A DNA stretch of 32,000 nt, taken from the NCBI RefSeq assembly GCF_012570145.1, contig NZ_CP046206.1, positions 212,324 to 244,323 on the forward strand. The letters are read 5' to 3'. The translations under genes and the position numbers were made by a program. Source of the stretch: Enterobacteriaceae endosymbiont of Donacia provostii. GTDB taxonomy: Bacteria; Pseudomonadota; Gammaproteobacteria; Enterobacterales; Enterobacteriaceae. How positions within the stretch are numbered: the stretch's first letter is position 1; every line of letters starts with the position of its first letter. Shown one piece after another: positions 1 to 8,028 of this stretch. Under the pieces are notes generated by a model. It was not told the DNA's origin, ran no database searches, and saw only the letters and a list, made by a program, of their open reading frames with translations.

Positions 1-2504
1 ATAAAAATCAGAATTATATTAATTCTTTTTCTAAAAAAGAAGAGTTTACATATCCTGGAAATTTAATCATAGAAGAAAAAATTAGATCTTTTATTAGATG
101 GAATGCAATAATGATTGTTTTAAGAGCTTCTAAAAAAAAATTGGATTTAGGAGGTCATATTGCATCTTATCAATCTTCTTCATATATTTATGAAGTTTGT
201 TTTAATCATTTTTTTAAAGCGTCTAATAATACTGATAATGGTGATATTATTTATTTTCAAGGACATATTTCACCTGGAATTTATGCTAGATCTTTTTTAG
301 AAGGAAGAATAAATGTTCATCATTTAGACAAATTTCGTCAAGAAATATTTGGTTCAGGATTATCATCTTATCCACATCCTAAACTTATGCCTAATTTTTG
401 GCAATTTCCTACTGTATCAATGGGACTTGGACCAATTGCTGCAATTTATCAGGCTAAATTTCTTAAATATTTAGAAAACAGAGAATTATATAAAACTAAA
501 AATAAAAAAATTTTTGCATTTTTAGGTGATGGTGAAATGGATGAACCAGAATCAAAAGGAGTATTAAATATTGCGTCTAGAGAAAAATTAAATAATTTAA
601 TTTTTGTTATAAATTGTAATTTACAAAGGTTAGATGGTCCTGTATATGGTAACGGTAAAATTATTAATGAATTAGAAAATATTTTTCAAGGAGCTGGTTG
701 GAAAGTTATTAAAGTTATATGGGGTAATAATTGGGAAAATTTATTAACTCAAGATAAAACTGGTAAACTAATGGAATTAATTGATAAAACTCCAGATGGA
801 GAATTTCAAAACCTTAATTCTAAAAATGGATCTTATATTCGAAAAAATTTTTTTGGAAAATTTACAGAAACATTAGATTTAATCAAAAATTTTACTGATA
901 AAGATATAGAAAATTTAAATTTTGGAGGACATGATCCAAAAAAAATTTATACAGCTTTTAAAAAAGCTTATCTTATTAAAGATAAACCTATAGTTATTTT
1001 GTTTCGTACAATTAAGGGTTTTGGATTAGGTAAAATAGCTGAAAGTAAAAATATTGCTCATCAAATTAAAAAAATTGATATTGATGCAATTAAACATATA
1101 AGAAATACTTTAAATATTCCTATAAATGATAATGATTTACATAAATTACCTTATATTACTTTTAATAAAAATTCTATAGAATATAATTATTTACATAATC
1201 AACGTAAAAAATTAGGTGGATATATTCCCTATAGAAGAATTAACTTTACAGAAAAATTAATTTTACCTAATTTAGATCAGTTTAGTACTTTATTAAACAA
1301 ACAAAAAAAAATATCTACCACAATTGCATTTTTACGGATATTAAATATTCTCTTAAGAGATAAAAATATTAGTAATAGAATAGTTCCTATTATAGCTGAT
1401 GAAGCACGTACATTTGGTATGGAAGGTTTATTTAGACAAATAGGAATATATAATTCTAGTGGATTACAATACACTCCACAAGATAAATCTTTATTAACAT
1501 ATTATAAAGAAGATATAAAAGGACAAATTTTACAAGAAGGAATAAATGAATCTGGAGCTTTTGCATCTTGGTTAGCTGCAGCAACTTCTTATTCAACTAA
1601 TAATTTTCCTATGATACCATTTTATATTTATTATTCTATGTTTGGTTTTCAAAGAATTGGAGATTTTTGTTGGGCAGCAGGAGATCAACAAGCAAGAGGT
1701 TTTTTAATTGGAGCAACTTCAGGACGTACTACTTTAAATGGAGAGGGATTACAACATGAAGATGGACATAGTCATATTTATTCATTAACAATTCCTAATT
1801 GTATTTCTTATGATCCGACTTATGCATATGAATTAGCAGTTATTATTAATAATGGAATACAAAGAATGTATGGAATACAACAAGAAAATATTTATTATTA
1901 TATTACTACTATGAATGAAAATTATGATATGCCATCTATAAATAGATATAATCAATATGGTATTTGTAAAGGTATATATAAATTAAATTCTATAAACAAA
2001 AATAATAATAAAATAACAATTCAATTATTAGGTTCAGGATCTATTCTACTTAATATGATTAAAGCAGCTCATATTTTATATCAAGAATATAATATTAATT
2101 CAGATATTTTTAGTGTTACTTCCTTTACTGAAATTGCTCGAGAAGGACAAGATTGTGATCATTGGAATTTATTACATCCTAATGAAAAACGTCGTATTCC
2201 ATATGTTACAAAAATAGTAAAAAATTATCCTACTGTAGCTGCAACAGATTATATAAAAATTTTTGCAGAACAAATTCGTAAATATATACCTACAAATAAT
2301 TATTTTGTACTAGGAACAGATGGATTTGGTCGTTCCGATAGTAGAAAAAATTTACGCGATTTTTTTGAAATTAATGAAATATATGTAGTTTTAGCTATTT
2401 TAAATATATTATTTGATTTAAAACTAATTAATTTAAAATTAATTTTAGATTTTATTAGAAAAAATAATATTAATATAAATAAAAATAATCCAAGAATTTC
2501 CTAA
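1..2504 (+). CDS. aceE: Pyruvate dehydrogenase E1 component, 5'-truncated by the window edge
   Basis: The reading frame is open from position 3 (KNQNYINSFSKKEEFTYPGNLIIEEKIRSFIRWNAIM...), upstream of the listed ATG at 111. It aligns with enterobacterial AceE (YPGNLELERRIRSAIRWNAIM). The ThDP-binding motif GDGEMDEPES...NCNLQRLDG is present. It is followed by aceF and lpdA as in E. coli. Confidence 0.95.
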   Translation, partial: KNQNYINSFSKKEEFTYPGNLIIEEKIRSFIRWNAIMIVLRASKKKLDLGGHIASYQSSSYIYEVCFNHFFKASNNTDNGDIIYFQGHISPGIYARSFLEGRINVHHLDKFRQEIFGSGLSSYPHPKLMPNFWQFPTVSMGLGPIAAIYQAKFLKYLENRELYKTKNKKIFAFLGDGEMDEPESKGVLNIASREKLNNLIFVINCNLQRLDGPVYGNGKIINELENIFQGAGWKVIKVIWGNNWENLLTQDKTGKLMELIDKTPDGEFQNLNSKNGSYIRKNFFGKFTETLDLIKNFTDKDIENLNFGGHDPKKIYTAFKKAYLIKDKPIVILFRTIKGFGLGKIAESKNIAHQIKKIDIDAIKHIRNTLNIPINDNDLHKLPYITFNKNSIEYNYLHNQRKKLGGYIPYRRINFTEKLILPNLDQFSTLLNKQKKISTTIAFLRILNILLRDKNISNRIVPIIADEARTFGMEGLFRQIGIYNSSGLQYTPQDKSLLTYYKEDIKGQILQEGINESGAFASWLAAATSYSTNNFPMIPFYIYYSMFGFQRIGDFCWAAGDQQARGFLIGATSGRTTLNGEGLQHEDGHSHIYSLTIPNCISYDPTYAYELAVIINNGIQRMYGIQQENIYYYITTMNENYDMPSINRYNQYGICKGIYKLNSINKNNNKITIQLLGSGSILLNMIKAAHILYQEYNINSDIFSVTSFTEIAREGQDCDHWNLLHPNEKRRIPYVTKIVKNYPTVAATDYIKIFAEQIRKYIPTNNYFVLGTDGFGRSDSRKNLRDFFEINEIYVVLAILNILFDLKLINLKLILDFIRKNNININKNNPRIS

Positions 2505-2514
2505 AAAGGTAAAT

Positions 2515-3972
2515 ATGTATACAAAAATAGTACTTCCTGATACAGGAATAGAAAAAATGAAAGTTACCGATATTTTAGTTAAAGAAGGAGAAAAAATAAA
2601 AAAAGAACAATCTATTATTACAGTAGAAAGTGATAAAACTTCTATTGAAATACCTTCTAATAAAGAAGGTATAGTTAAAAAAATTTTAATATCTATAGGT
2701 AACATAATTACTAAAGGAGATATAATTTTAGAAATATCAAATGATAATATTAATAATTTATCAATAAATAAAAAAGAAGAAAAAAATAAAAAACAGATAA
2801 AATTACAAGAATTATGTATTCCAAATATTGGTTTCAATAAAATGAAAGTTACTGATATTTTAGTAAAAAAAAATGAGTTTTTTAAACAAAATCAAACTTT
2901 AATTATTATTAAGAATAATATTGATATTTTTAAAATAGCTTCTACATGTTCAGGGTTAGTAAAGAAAATCATTATTAAAATTAATGATTATGTATATAAA
3001 AATGATATATTCATGTATATAAATATTGTTTTAAAAGAAAATCAAAAAAACATAATAAAAACATTTATTAAAAATAATACATTAAGAAATATATGTTCTT
3101 CTCCTATTGTAAGAAAAATAGCAAGAAAATTTAATATTGATTTAAATAATATTAAACCTAGTGGTACAAAAAATAGAATTTTAAAAGAAGATATTTTACA
3201 ATATATTAAATCTCAAAAAGTATTAGAAAATAATAATATTAAAAATTCTGTTTTAATTTATCAAAAATTTGGTAAATGTGAAGAAATTCATTTAAATAAT
3301 ATACAAAAAATTTCTAGTAAAAACTTATCTAATTATTGGAAAAATATTCCTCATGTTACACAACATATAGAAACAGATATTACTAATTTAGAAAAATTTA
3401 GAATTCAAAAAAATAAAGAATTTGCTCAAAAAGAAGAAAAAATTAAATTAACTTTATTAAGTTTTATGATTAAAATTTGTTCACATGCCTTACAAAAATA
3501 TCCTAATTTTAATTCTTCTTTATCTCAAGATAATAATACTTTAATAATTAAAAAATATTATAATATTGGTATAGCTATTAATACAAAACAAGGTTTATTA
3601 GTTCCAGTAATTTTTGATGTTTTAAAAAAAAATATTAATAATTTATCTAAAATAATTAAAGATCTTTCTTGTAAAGCAAGAAAAAATAAACTTCATCCAA
3701 ATAATATGAAGGGAGGATGTTTTACAATATCTAATCTTGGTCAATTTAAAGGTAGTTTTTTTACTCCTATAATAAATTCTCCAGAAGTAGCAATTTTAGG
3801 AATTTCACAAGCTAATATTAAACCTATATGGAAAGAAAACAAATTTGTACCAAGACTTATGTTACCATTATCTTTATCATATGATCATCGTGTTATTAAT
3901 GGAGTAGAAGGTATTAATTTTTTAAATTATATTTGTTATTTAACATCTGATATTAGAAATATATTAATTTAA
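2515..3972 (+). CDS. aceF: Dihydrolipoamide acetyltransferase (PDH E2) with two lipoyl-type domains, a peripheral subunit-binding domain and a catalytic domain
   Basis: Lipoyl motif ITVESDKTSIEIP. Subunit-binding domain SSPIVRKIARKFNIDLNNIKPSGTKNRILKEDI. Catalytic motif SLSYDHRVINGVEG. Position between aceE and lpdA. AAGG Shine-Dalgarno-like sequence just upstream. Confidence 0.95.
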   Translation: MYTKIVLPDTGIEKMKVTDILVKEGEKIKKEQSIITVESDKTSIEIPSNKEGIVKKILISIGNIITKGDIILEISNDNINNLSINKKEEKNKKQIKLQELCIPNIGFNKMKVTDILVKKNEFFKQNQTLIIIKNNIDIFKIASTCSGLVKKIIIKINDYVYKNDIFMYINIVLKENQKNIIKTFIKNNTLRNICSSPIVRKIARKFNIDLNNIKPSGTKNRILKEDILQYIKSQKVLENNNIKNSVLIYQKFGKCEEIHLNNIQKISSKNLSNYWKNIPHVTQHIETDITNLEKFRIQKNKEFAQKEEKIKLTLLSFMIKICSHALQKYPNFNSSLSQDNNTLIIKKYYNIGIAINTKQGLLVPVIFDVLKKNINNLSKIIKDLSCKARKNKLHPNNMKGGCFTISNLGQFKGSFFTPIINSPEVAILGISQANIKPIWKENKFVPRLMLPLSLSYDHRVINGVEGINFLNYICYLTSDIRNILI

Positions 3973-4021
3973 TTTTTTTAAATTTTATATATAAAAAACA
4001 TTATTAATAATAGAGAATAAT

Positions 4022-5446
4022 ATGAATAATATAATAAAAATTCAAGTAGTTGTAATTGGAGGAGGGCCTGCAGGATATGCTGCAGCTTTTCGTTGTAGTG
4101 ATTTAGGATTAAAAACTATAATAGTAGAAAATTATAATAATTTAGGTGGAGTTTGTTTAAATGTAGGTTGTATTCCATCAAAAACATTACTTAACATTGC
4201 GAAAATTATTAAAGAGTATAAAAATTTTTCAAAAAAGGGTATATTTAACAATAATATTAAAATAAATTTTGATAGTATTATAAATTGGAAACAAAATGTA
4301 ATTAATAAATTAACTAATGGATTACATTTTTTAGCTAAAAAACGTAATGTTAAAATTATAAATGATATGGGTTTTTTAGAAACAAATAATTGTTTAAATT
4401 TAACTAATAGTAATGTAAAAATATTATTTGATAATGCTATAATAGCTACAGGATCTATACCAATAAGTTTACCTTTTCTGCCTTATGAAGATAAAAGAAT
4501 TTGGAATTCTACAGATGCATTAAATTTAAAAAAAATTCCTAAAAAAATGATGATTATAGGAAGTGGTATTATTGGTTTAGAAATGGCAACAATTTATCAA
4601 ACTTTTGGATCTAAAATAGATATAATAGATATTTCAAATAATTTATTACCTGAAGTAGATAATGATATTGTAAATATTTATCAAAAAAATATAAAAAACA
4701 AATTTAATTTTATATTAGGAACTGAAATAATATCAGTAGATAATAGTAAAGATTTATTACAAGTACATATGACTAGTGATAATCATAAATCCATTTACTC
4801 AAAACAATATGATGTAATTCTTGTTGCAATTGGTAGAAAACCTAATTCTATTTTTATAAATAAAAAATTTAATAAATTATTAATTAATAATCATGGTTTT
4901 ATTCAAACTGATAGTCAAATGAGAACTAATATTTCTAACATATATGCTGTAGGAGATGTTACTGGATATCCTATGTTAGCTCATAAAGGTATCCATGAAG
5001 GACATTTAGCTGCAGAAGTTATTTCAGGGAAAAAACATTATTTTGTTCCTAAAGTTATTCCATCTATTGCATATACGCATCCAGAAATAGCTTGGATAGG
5101 TATAACAGAAAAAAATGCAATAAAAAATAATTTAAATTATCAAACCTCTGTATTTTCTTGGAATGCATTAGGTAGAGCAATATCTTCTAATGAAGAAAAT
5201 GGTTTAACAAAATTAATTGTAGATAAAGATTCGAATAGAATTATAGGAGGAAGTATTATTGGATATAATGCTGGAGAATTATTAGGAGAAATAAGTTTAG
5301 CAATTGAAATGGGATGTGATATAGAAGATATTTCATTAACTATGCATGCACACCCTACTTTTTATGAATCTATTGGTATAGCAGCAGAAATATATACTGG
5401 TACAGCAACAGATATTATAAATATAAAAAATTTATCTGATATTTAA
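4022..5446 (+). CDS. lpdA: Dihydrolipoyl dehydrogenase (E3)
   Basis: FAD-binding fold GGGPAGYAAAFR. Redox-active disulfide GGVCLNVGCIPSK. C-terminal HAHPT...E motif. Collinear with E. coli Lpd over its full length. Confidence 0.96.
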   Translation: MNNIIKIQVVVIGGGPAGYAAAFRCSDLGLKTIIVENYNNLGGVCLNVGCIPSKTLLNIAKIIKEYKNFSKKGIFNNNIKINFDSIINWKQNVINKLTNGLHFLAKKRNVKIINDMGFLETNNCLNLTNSNVKILFDNAIIATGSIPISLPFLPYEDKRIWNSTDALNLKKIPKKMMIIGSGIIGLEMATIYQTFGSKIDIIDISNNLLPEVDNDIVNIYQKNIKNKFNFILGTEIISVDNSKDLLQVHMTSDNHKSIYSKQYDVILVAIGRKPNSIFINKKFNKLLINNHGFIQTDSQMRTNISNIYAVGDVTGYPMLAHKGIHEGHLAAEVISGKKHYFVPKVIPSIAYTHPEIAWIGITEKNAIKNNLNYQTSVFSWNALGRAISSNEENGLTKLIVDKDSNRIIGGSIIGYNAGELLGEISLAIEMGCDIEDISLTMHAHPTFYESIGIAAEIYTGTATDIINIKNLSDI

Positions 5447-5540
5447 AATTAGATATTTATTAATAAATGATTAATATCAAATATTACTAAATAATATATA
5501 TATATAATATATAAATAAACTTAATAATTATAAATATTAT

Positions 5541-6830
5541 ATGTATAATTTTAAAAAAAAAGAATCTATTTTAGATCAAATAAAAGTACCATCTTTTAAT
5601 CAAAAGAAATATTTTGTTAAAGAATATATTAAATCTTATCATAAAAAAAAAGATGATATTTCATATGCTATAAATAATACTATTAATGATTGTTATAATA
5701 ATGGTGGTGGAATTGTTGTTATTCCAAATGGAGAATTTTATACTGGACCAATTACTTTAAAAAGTAATGTAAATTTATATTTACAACATAATACTATATT
5801 AAAATTTTATACTGATCCTTATAAATATTATAATGTGTTTACAAGATGGGAGGGTACAGAATGTATTAATTATACATCATTAATATATGCTTATAATCAA
5901 AAAAATATTGCTATAACTGGTACAGGAACATTAGATGGACAAGCTAATTTTAATAATTGGTGGTCATGGAAAAATGATATTAATGGTAATCATTTACAAA
6001 ATAATGATGTAAAAAAACTTAAAGATATGAATAAAAATAATATTCCTATCAAAAATAGAGTTTTTGGTATTGATCATTTTCTTAGACCAAATTTTATTCA
6101 ATTATATTTATGTAAAAATATTTTTATTTCAGATATTAATATTATTAATTCTCCTATGTGGGAAATACATCCAGTTTTAAGTCAAAATATTATTATTCAA
6201 AATATTAAAATAAATAGTTTAGGACCAAATAATGATGGATGTAATCCAGAATCATGTAATAATGTTTTAATTCAAAACAGTGTTTTTTATACTGGAGATG
6301 ATTGTATTGCAATAAAATCAGGAACAAATAATGATGGAAGAAAAATTAATATTCCTTCTAAAAATATTATTATTAAAAAATGTAATATGTATAATGGTCA
6401 TGGAGCTATTACACTAGGTAGTGAATGTTCAGGAGGTATAAAAAATATTTTTATAGAAGATTGCATTATTGATGGTAAATTACAATCTTTTTTTAAAATT
6501 AAAAATAATGCAATAAGAGGAGGTAAAATAAATAATATTTATATTAACAATATAAATATTGCATTTATTCAAAAATTTTTTTTAAATATCGATTATTTAT
6601 ATGATGAAGGAAATAAAGGTAATTTTATACCTATTGCAGATAATATTTTTATATCTAATATAAATGTAGAAAACTGTTTACAAGTATTTAATATAAACTC
6701 CATAGAAAAATCTATTGTAAATAATATTTTTTTAAAAAATTGCCTTTTTAAGGGACTAAAAAATCCCGAAAAAATATTAATTTATAATAATTATAATATT
6801 AATATTATTAATACAAAATTTATTTCTTAA
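5541..6830 (+). CDS. Glycoside hydrolase family 28 (polygalacturonase-like pectinase), right-handed parallel beta-helix
   Basis: GH28 signature motifs occur in canonical order and spacing: NNDG (Asp codon 6234-6236), GDD in TGDDCIAIKSG (Asp codons 6297-6302), GHG in NGHGAITLGSE (His codon 6399-6401), and KIK (6495-6503) where RIK is usual. The N-terminal GGGIVVIPNGEFYTGPITLKSNVNLYL block is typical of bacterial GH28 and pectate-lyase-fold proteins. Hydrophobic coil repeats recur periodically (IIIQNIKI, VLIQNSVF, IIIKKCNM, IFIEDCII, IYINNINI, IFISNINV). Confidence 0.85.
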   Translation: MYNFKKKESILDQIKVPSFNQKKYFVKEYIKSYHKKKDDISYAINNTINDCYNNGGGIVVIPNGEFYTGPITLKSNVNLYLQHNTILKFYTDPYKYYNVFTRWEGTECINYTSLIYAYNQKNIAITGTGTLDGQANFNNWWSWKNDINGNHLQNNDVKKLKDMNKNNIPIKNRVFGIDHFLRPNFIQLYLCKNIFISDINIINSPMWEIHPVLSQNIIIQNIKINSLGPNNDGCNPESCNNVLIQNSVFYTGDDCIAIKSGTNNDGRKINIPSKNIIIKKCNMYNGHGAITLGSECSGGIKNIFIEDCIIDGKLQSFFKIKNNAIRGGKINNIYINNINIAFIQKFFLNIDYLYDEGNKGNFIPIADNIFISNINVENCLQVFNINSIEKSIVNNIFLKNCLFKGLKNPEKILIYNNYNINIINTKFIS

Positions 6831-6836
6831 ATTATA

Positions 6837-7997
6837 TTAAACTAAAAAAGTATTTTTTAAAATTTCATAGTATATTTTATATAAATTATATAAGTCATTA
6901 ATATAAACATGTTCATTAATTTTATGAATAGTAGAATTATTTAAGCCTAATTCAATAATTTGTGCTCCTGTTTTTATAATAAATCTACCATCTGAAGTAC
7001 CTCCATCATTAATTAATGATGGATTAATATTATTAATTGAATAAATACTTTTTTTTACTATTTGAATTAAATTTTTTTTTTTTTTATAATATTTATTACT
7101 TAAATAGGGTTTAGCAGATAAATCCCATTTTATATTAAAATTTAAAATATATTTTTTAATAATATTCTTTAATTCTTGTAAAATGTTCTGATAATTTATT
7201 TCATTATTAAAACGAAAATTAATATAAATATTAATATCACCTGGAATAATATTATTATTTTTTATATTAGAGCTAATTCTTGTAATTTGCATACTAGTAG
7301 CAGGTAATAAAGTATTTTCCTTACTCCATTTTTTTAGAATTAATTCATTTAATAACGGAATTACTATATGAATAGGATTTTTAGCTAAATTATGATATGC
7401 TACATGTCCTTGTATACCTATAATTTTTAGTTTAACATTTAATGAACCTCTCCTCCCATTTTTAATATTATCTCCAATAATTTTATTACTTGTAGGTTCT
7501 CCTATAATACAAAAATCTACTTTTTCTTTTTTTTCTAATAAATTTTGTATAATTTTTATAGTTCCATCTTTAGCACTACCTTCTTCGTCTGAAGTAATCA
7601 TAAAAGCTATACAGCCATAATAATGAGGATAATAAGAAATAAATTTTTTAGCCGCAAATATCATTGCAGCTAAAGAACCTTTCATATCACAAACTCCTCT
7701 ACCATATAAAATCTTATCTTTTATAACTGGTTTAAACGGATTAAATTTCCATTGTTTTATATTTCCTGGAGGAACAACATCAGTATGACCTGCAAAAACT
7801 AAAGTGTCATATATATTTTTATATTTAATATTGTGAATTGCCCAAAAATTTTTGGTATTATTAACATTCATTATATTAATATCAAATCTTAATTTTTGAA
7901 GTATTTTAATTATAATATCTTGACATTTAGCATCAAAAGGACTTATAGAAGGACATTGAACAAGTTTTTTAGTTAAATGAATTATTTTGTGTAACAT
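6837..7997 (-). CDS. dapE: Succinyl-diaminopimelate desuccinylase
   Basis: Metal-ligand motifs AGHTDVVP, GRGVCDMKG, TSDEEGSA, IIGEPTS and TIHKINEHV are present, and it is collinear with E. coli DapE. The listed ORF runs to 8072, but the Met at 7997 (MLHKIIHLTKKLVQCPSISP) aligns with the E. coli N-terminus and removes the overlap with lon. Confidence 0.9.
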   Translation of the reverse strand: MLHKIIHLTKKLVQCPSISPFDAKCQDIIIKILQKLRFDINIMNVNNTKNFWAIHNIKYKNIYDTLVFAGHTDVVPPGNIKQWKFNPFKPVIKDKILYGRGVCDMKGSLAAMIFAAKKFISYYPHYYGCIAFMITSDEEGSAKDGTIKIIQNLLEKKEKVDFCIIGEPTSNKIIGDNIKNGRRGSLNVKLKIIGIQGHVAYHNLAKNPIHIVIPLLNELILKKWSKENTLLPATSMQITRISSNIKNNNIIPGDINIYINFRFNNEINYQNILQELKNIIKKYILNFNIKWDLSAKPYLSNKYYKKKKNLIQIVKKSIYSINNINPSLINDGGTSDGRFIIKTGAQIIELGLNNSTIHKINEHVYINDLYNLYKIYYEILKNTFLV

Positions 7998-8028
7998 AAT
8001 ATTATACTTTTTAAAATAATTTTCATTA

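Noticed and set aside
2445-2837. 130-aa minus-strand ORF overlapping the end of aceE and the start of aceF. Similar antisense ORFs lie at 1277-1474, 8078-8362, 10097-10294, 10409-10642 and 19867-20091.
   Set aside because: All lie entirely antisense to well-supported conserved genes. Their translations are low-complexity and rich in I, F, L and S, with no recognisable motifs. Shadow ORFs of this kind are expected in A+T-rich coding DNA.
5447-5540. TA-rich low-complexity stretch (ATATATATATAATATATAAATAA) upstream of the GH28 gene, considered as a promoter or microsatellite.
   Set aside because: TATAAT-like hexamers occur almost everywhere in spacers of this composition, and there is no distinguishable -35 element. 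I cannot support a specific promoter call from sequence alone.
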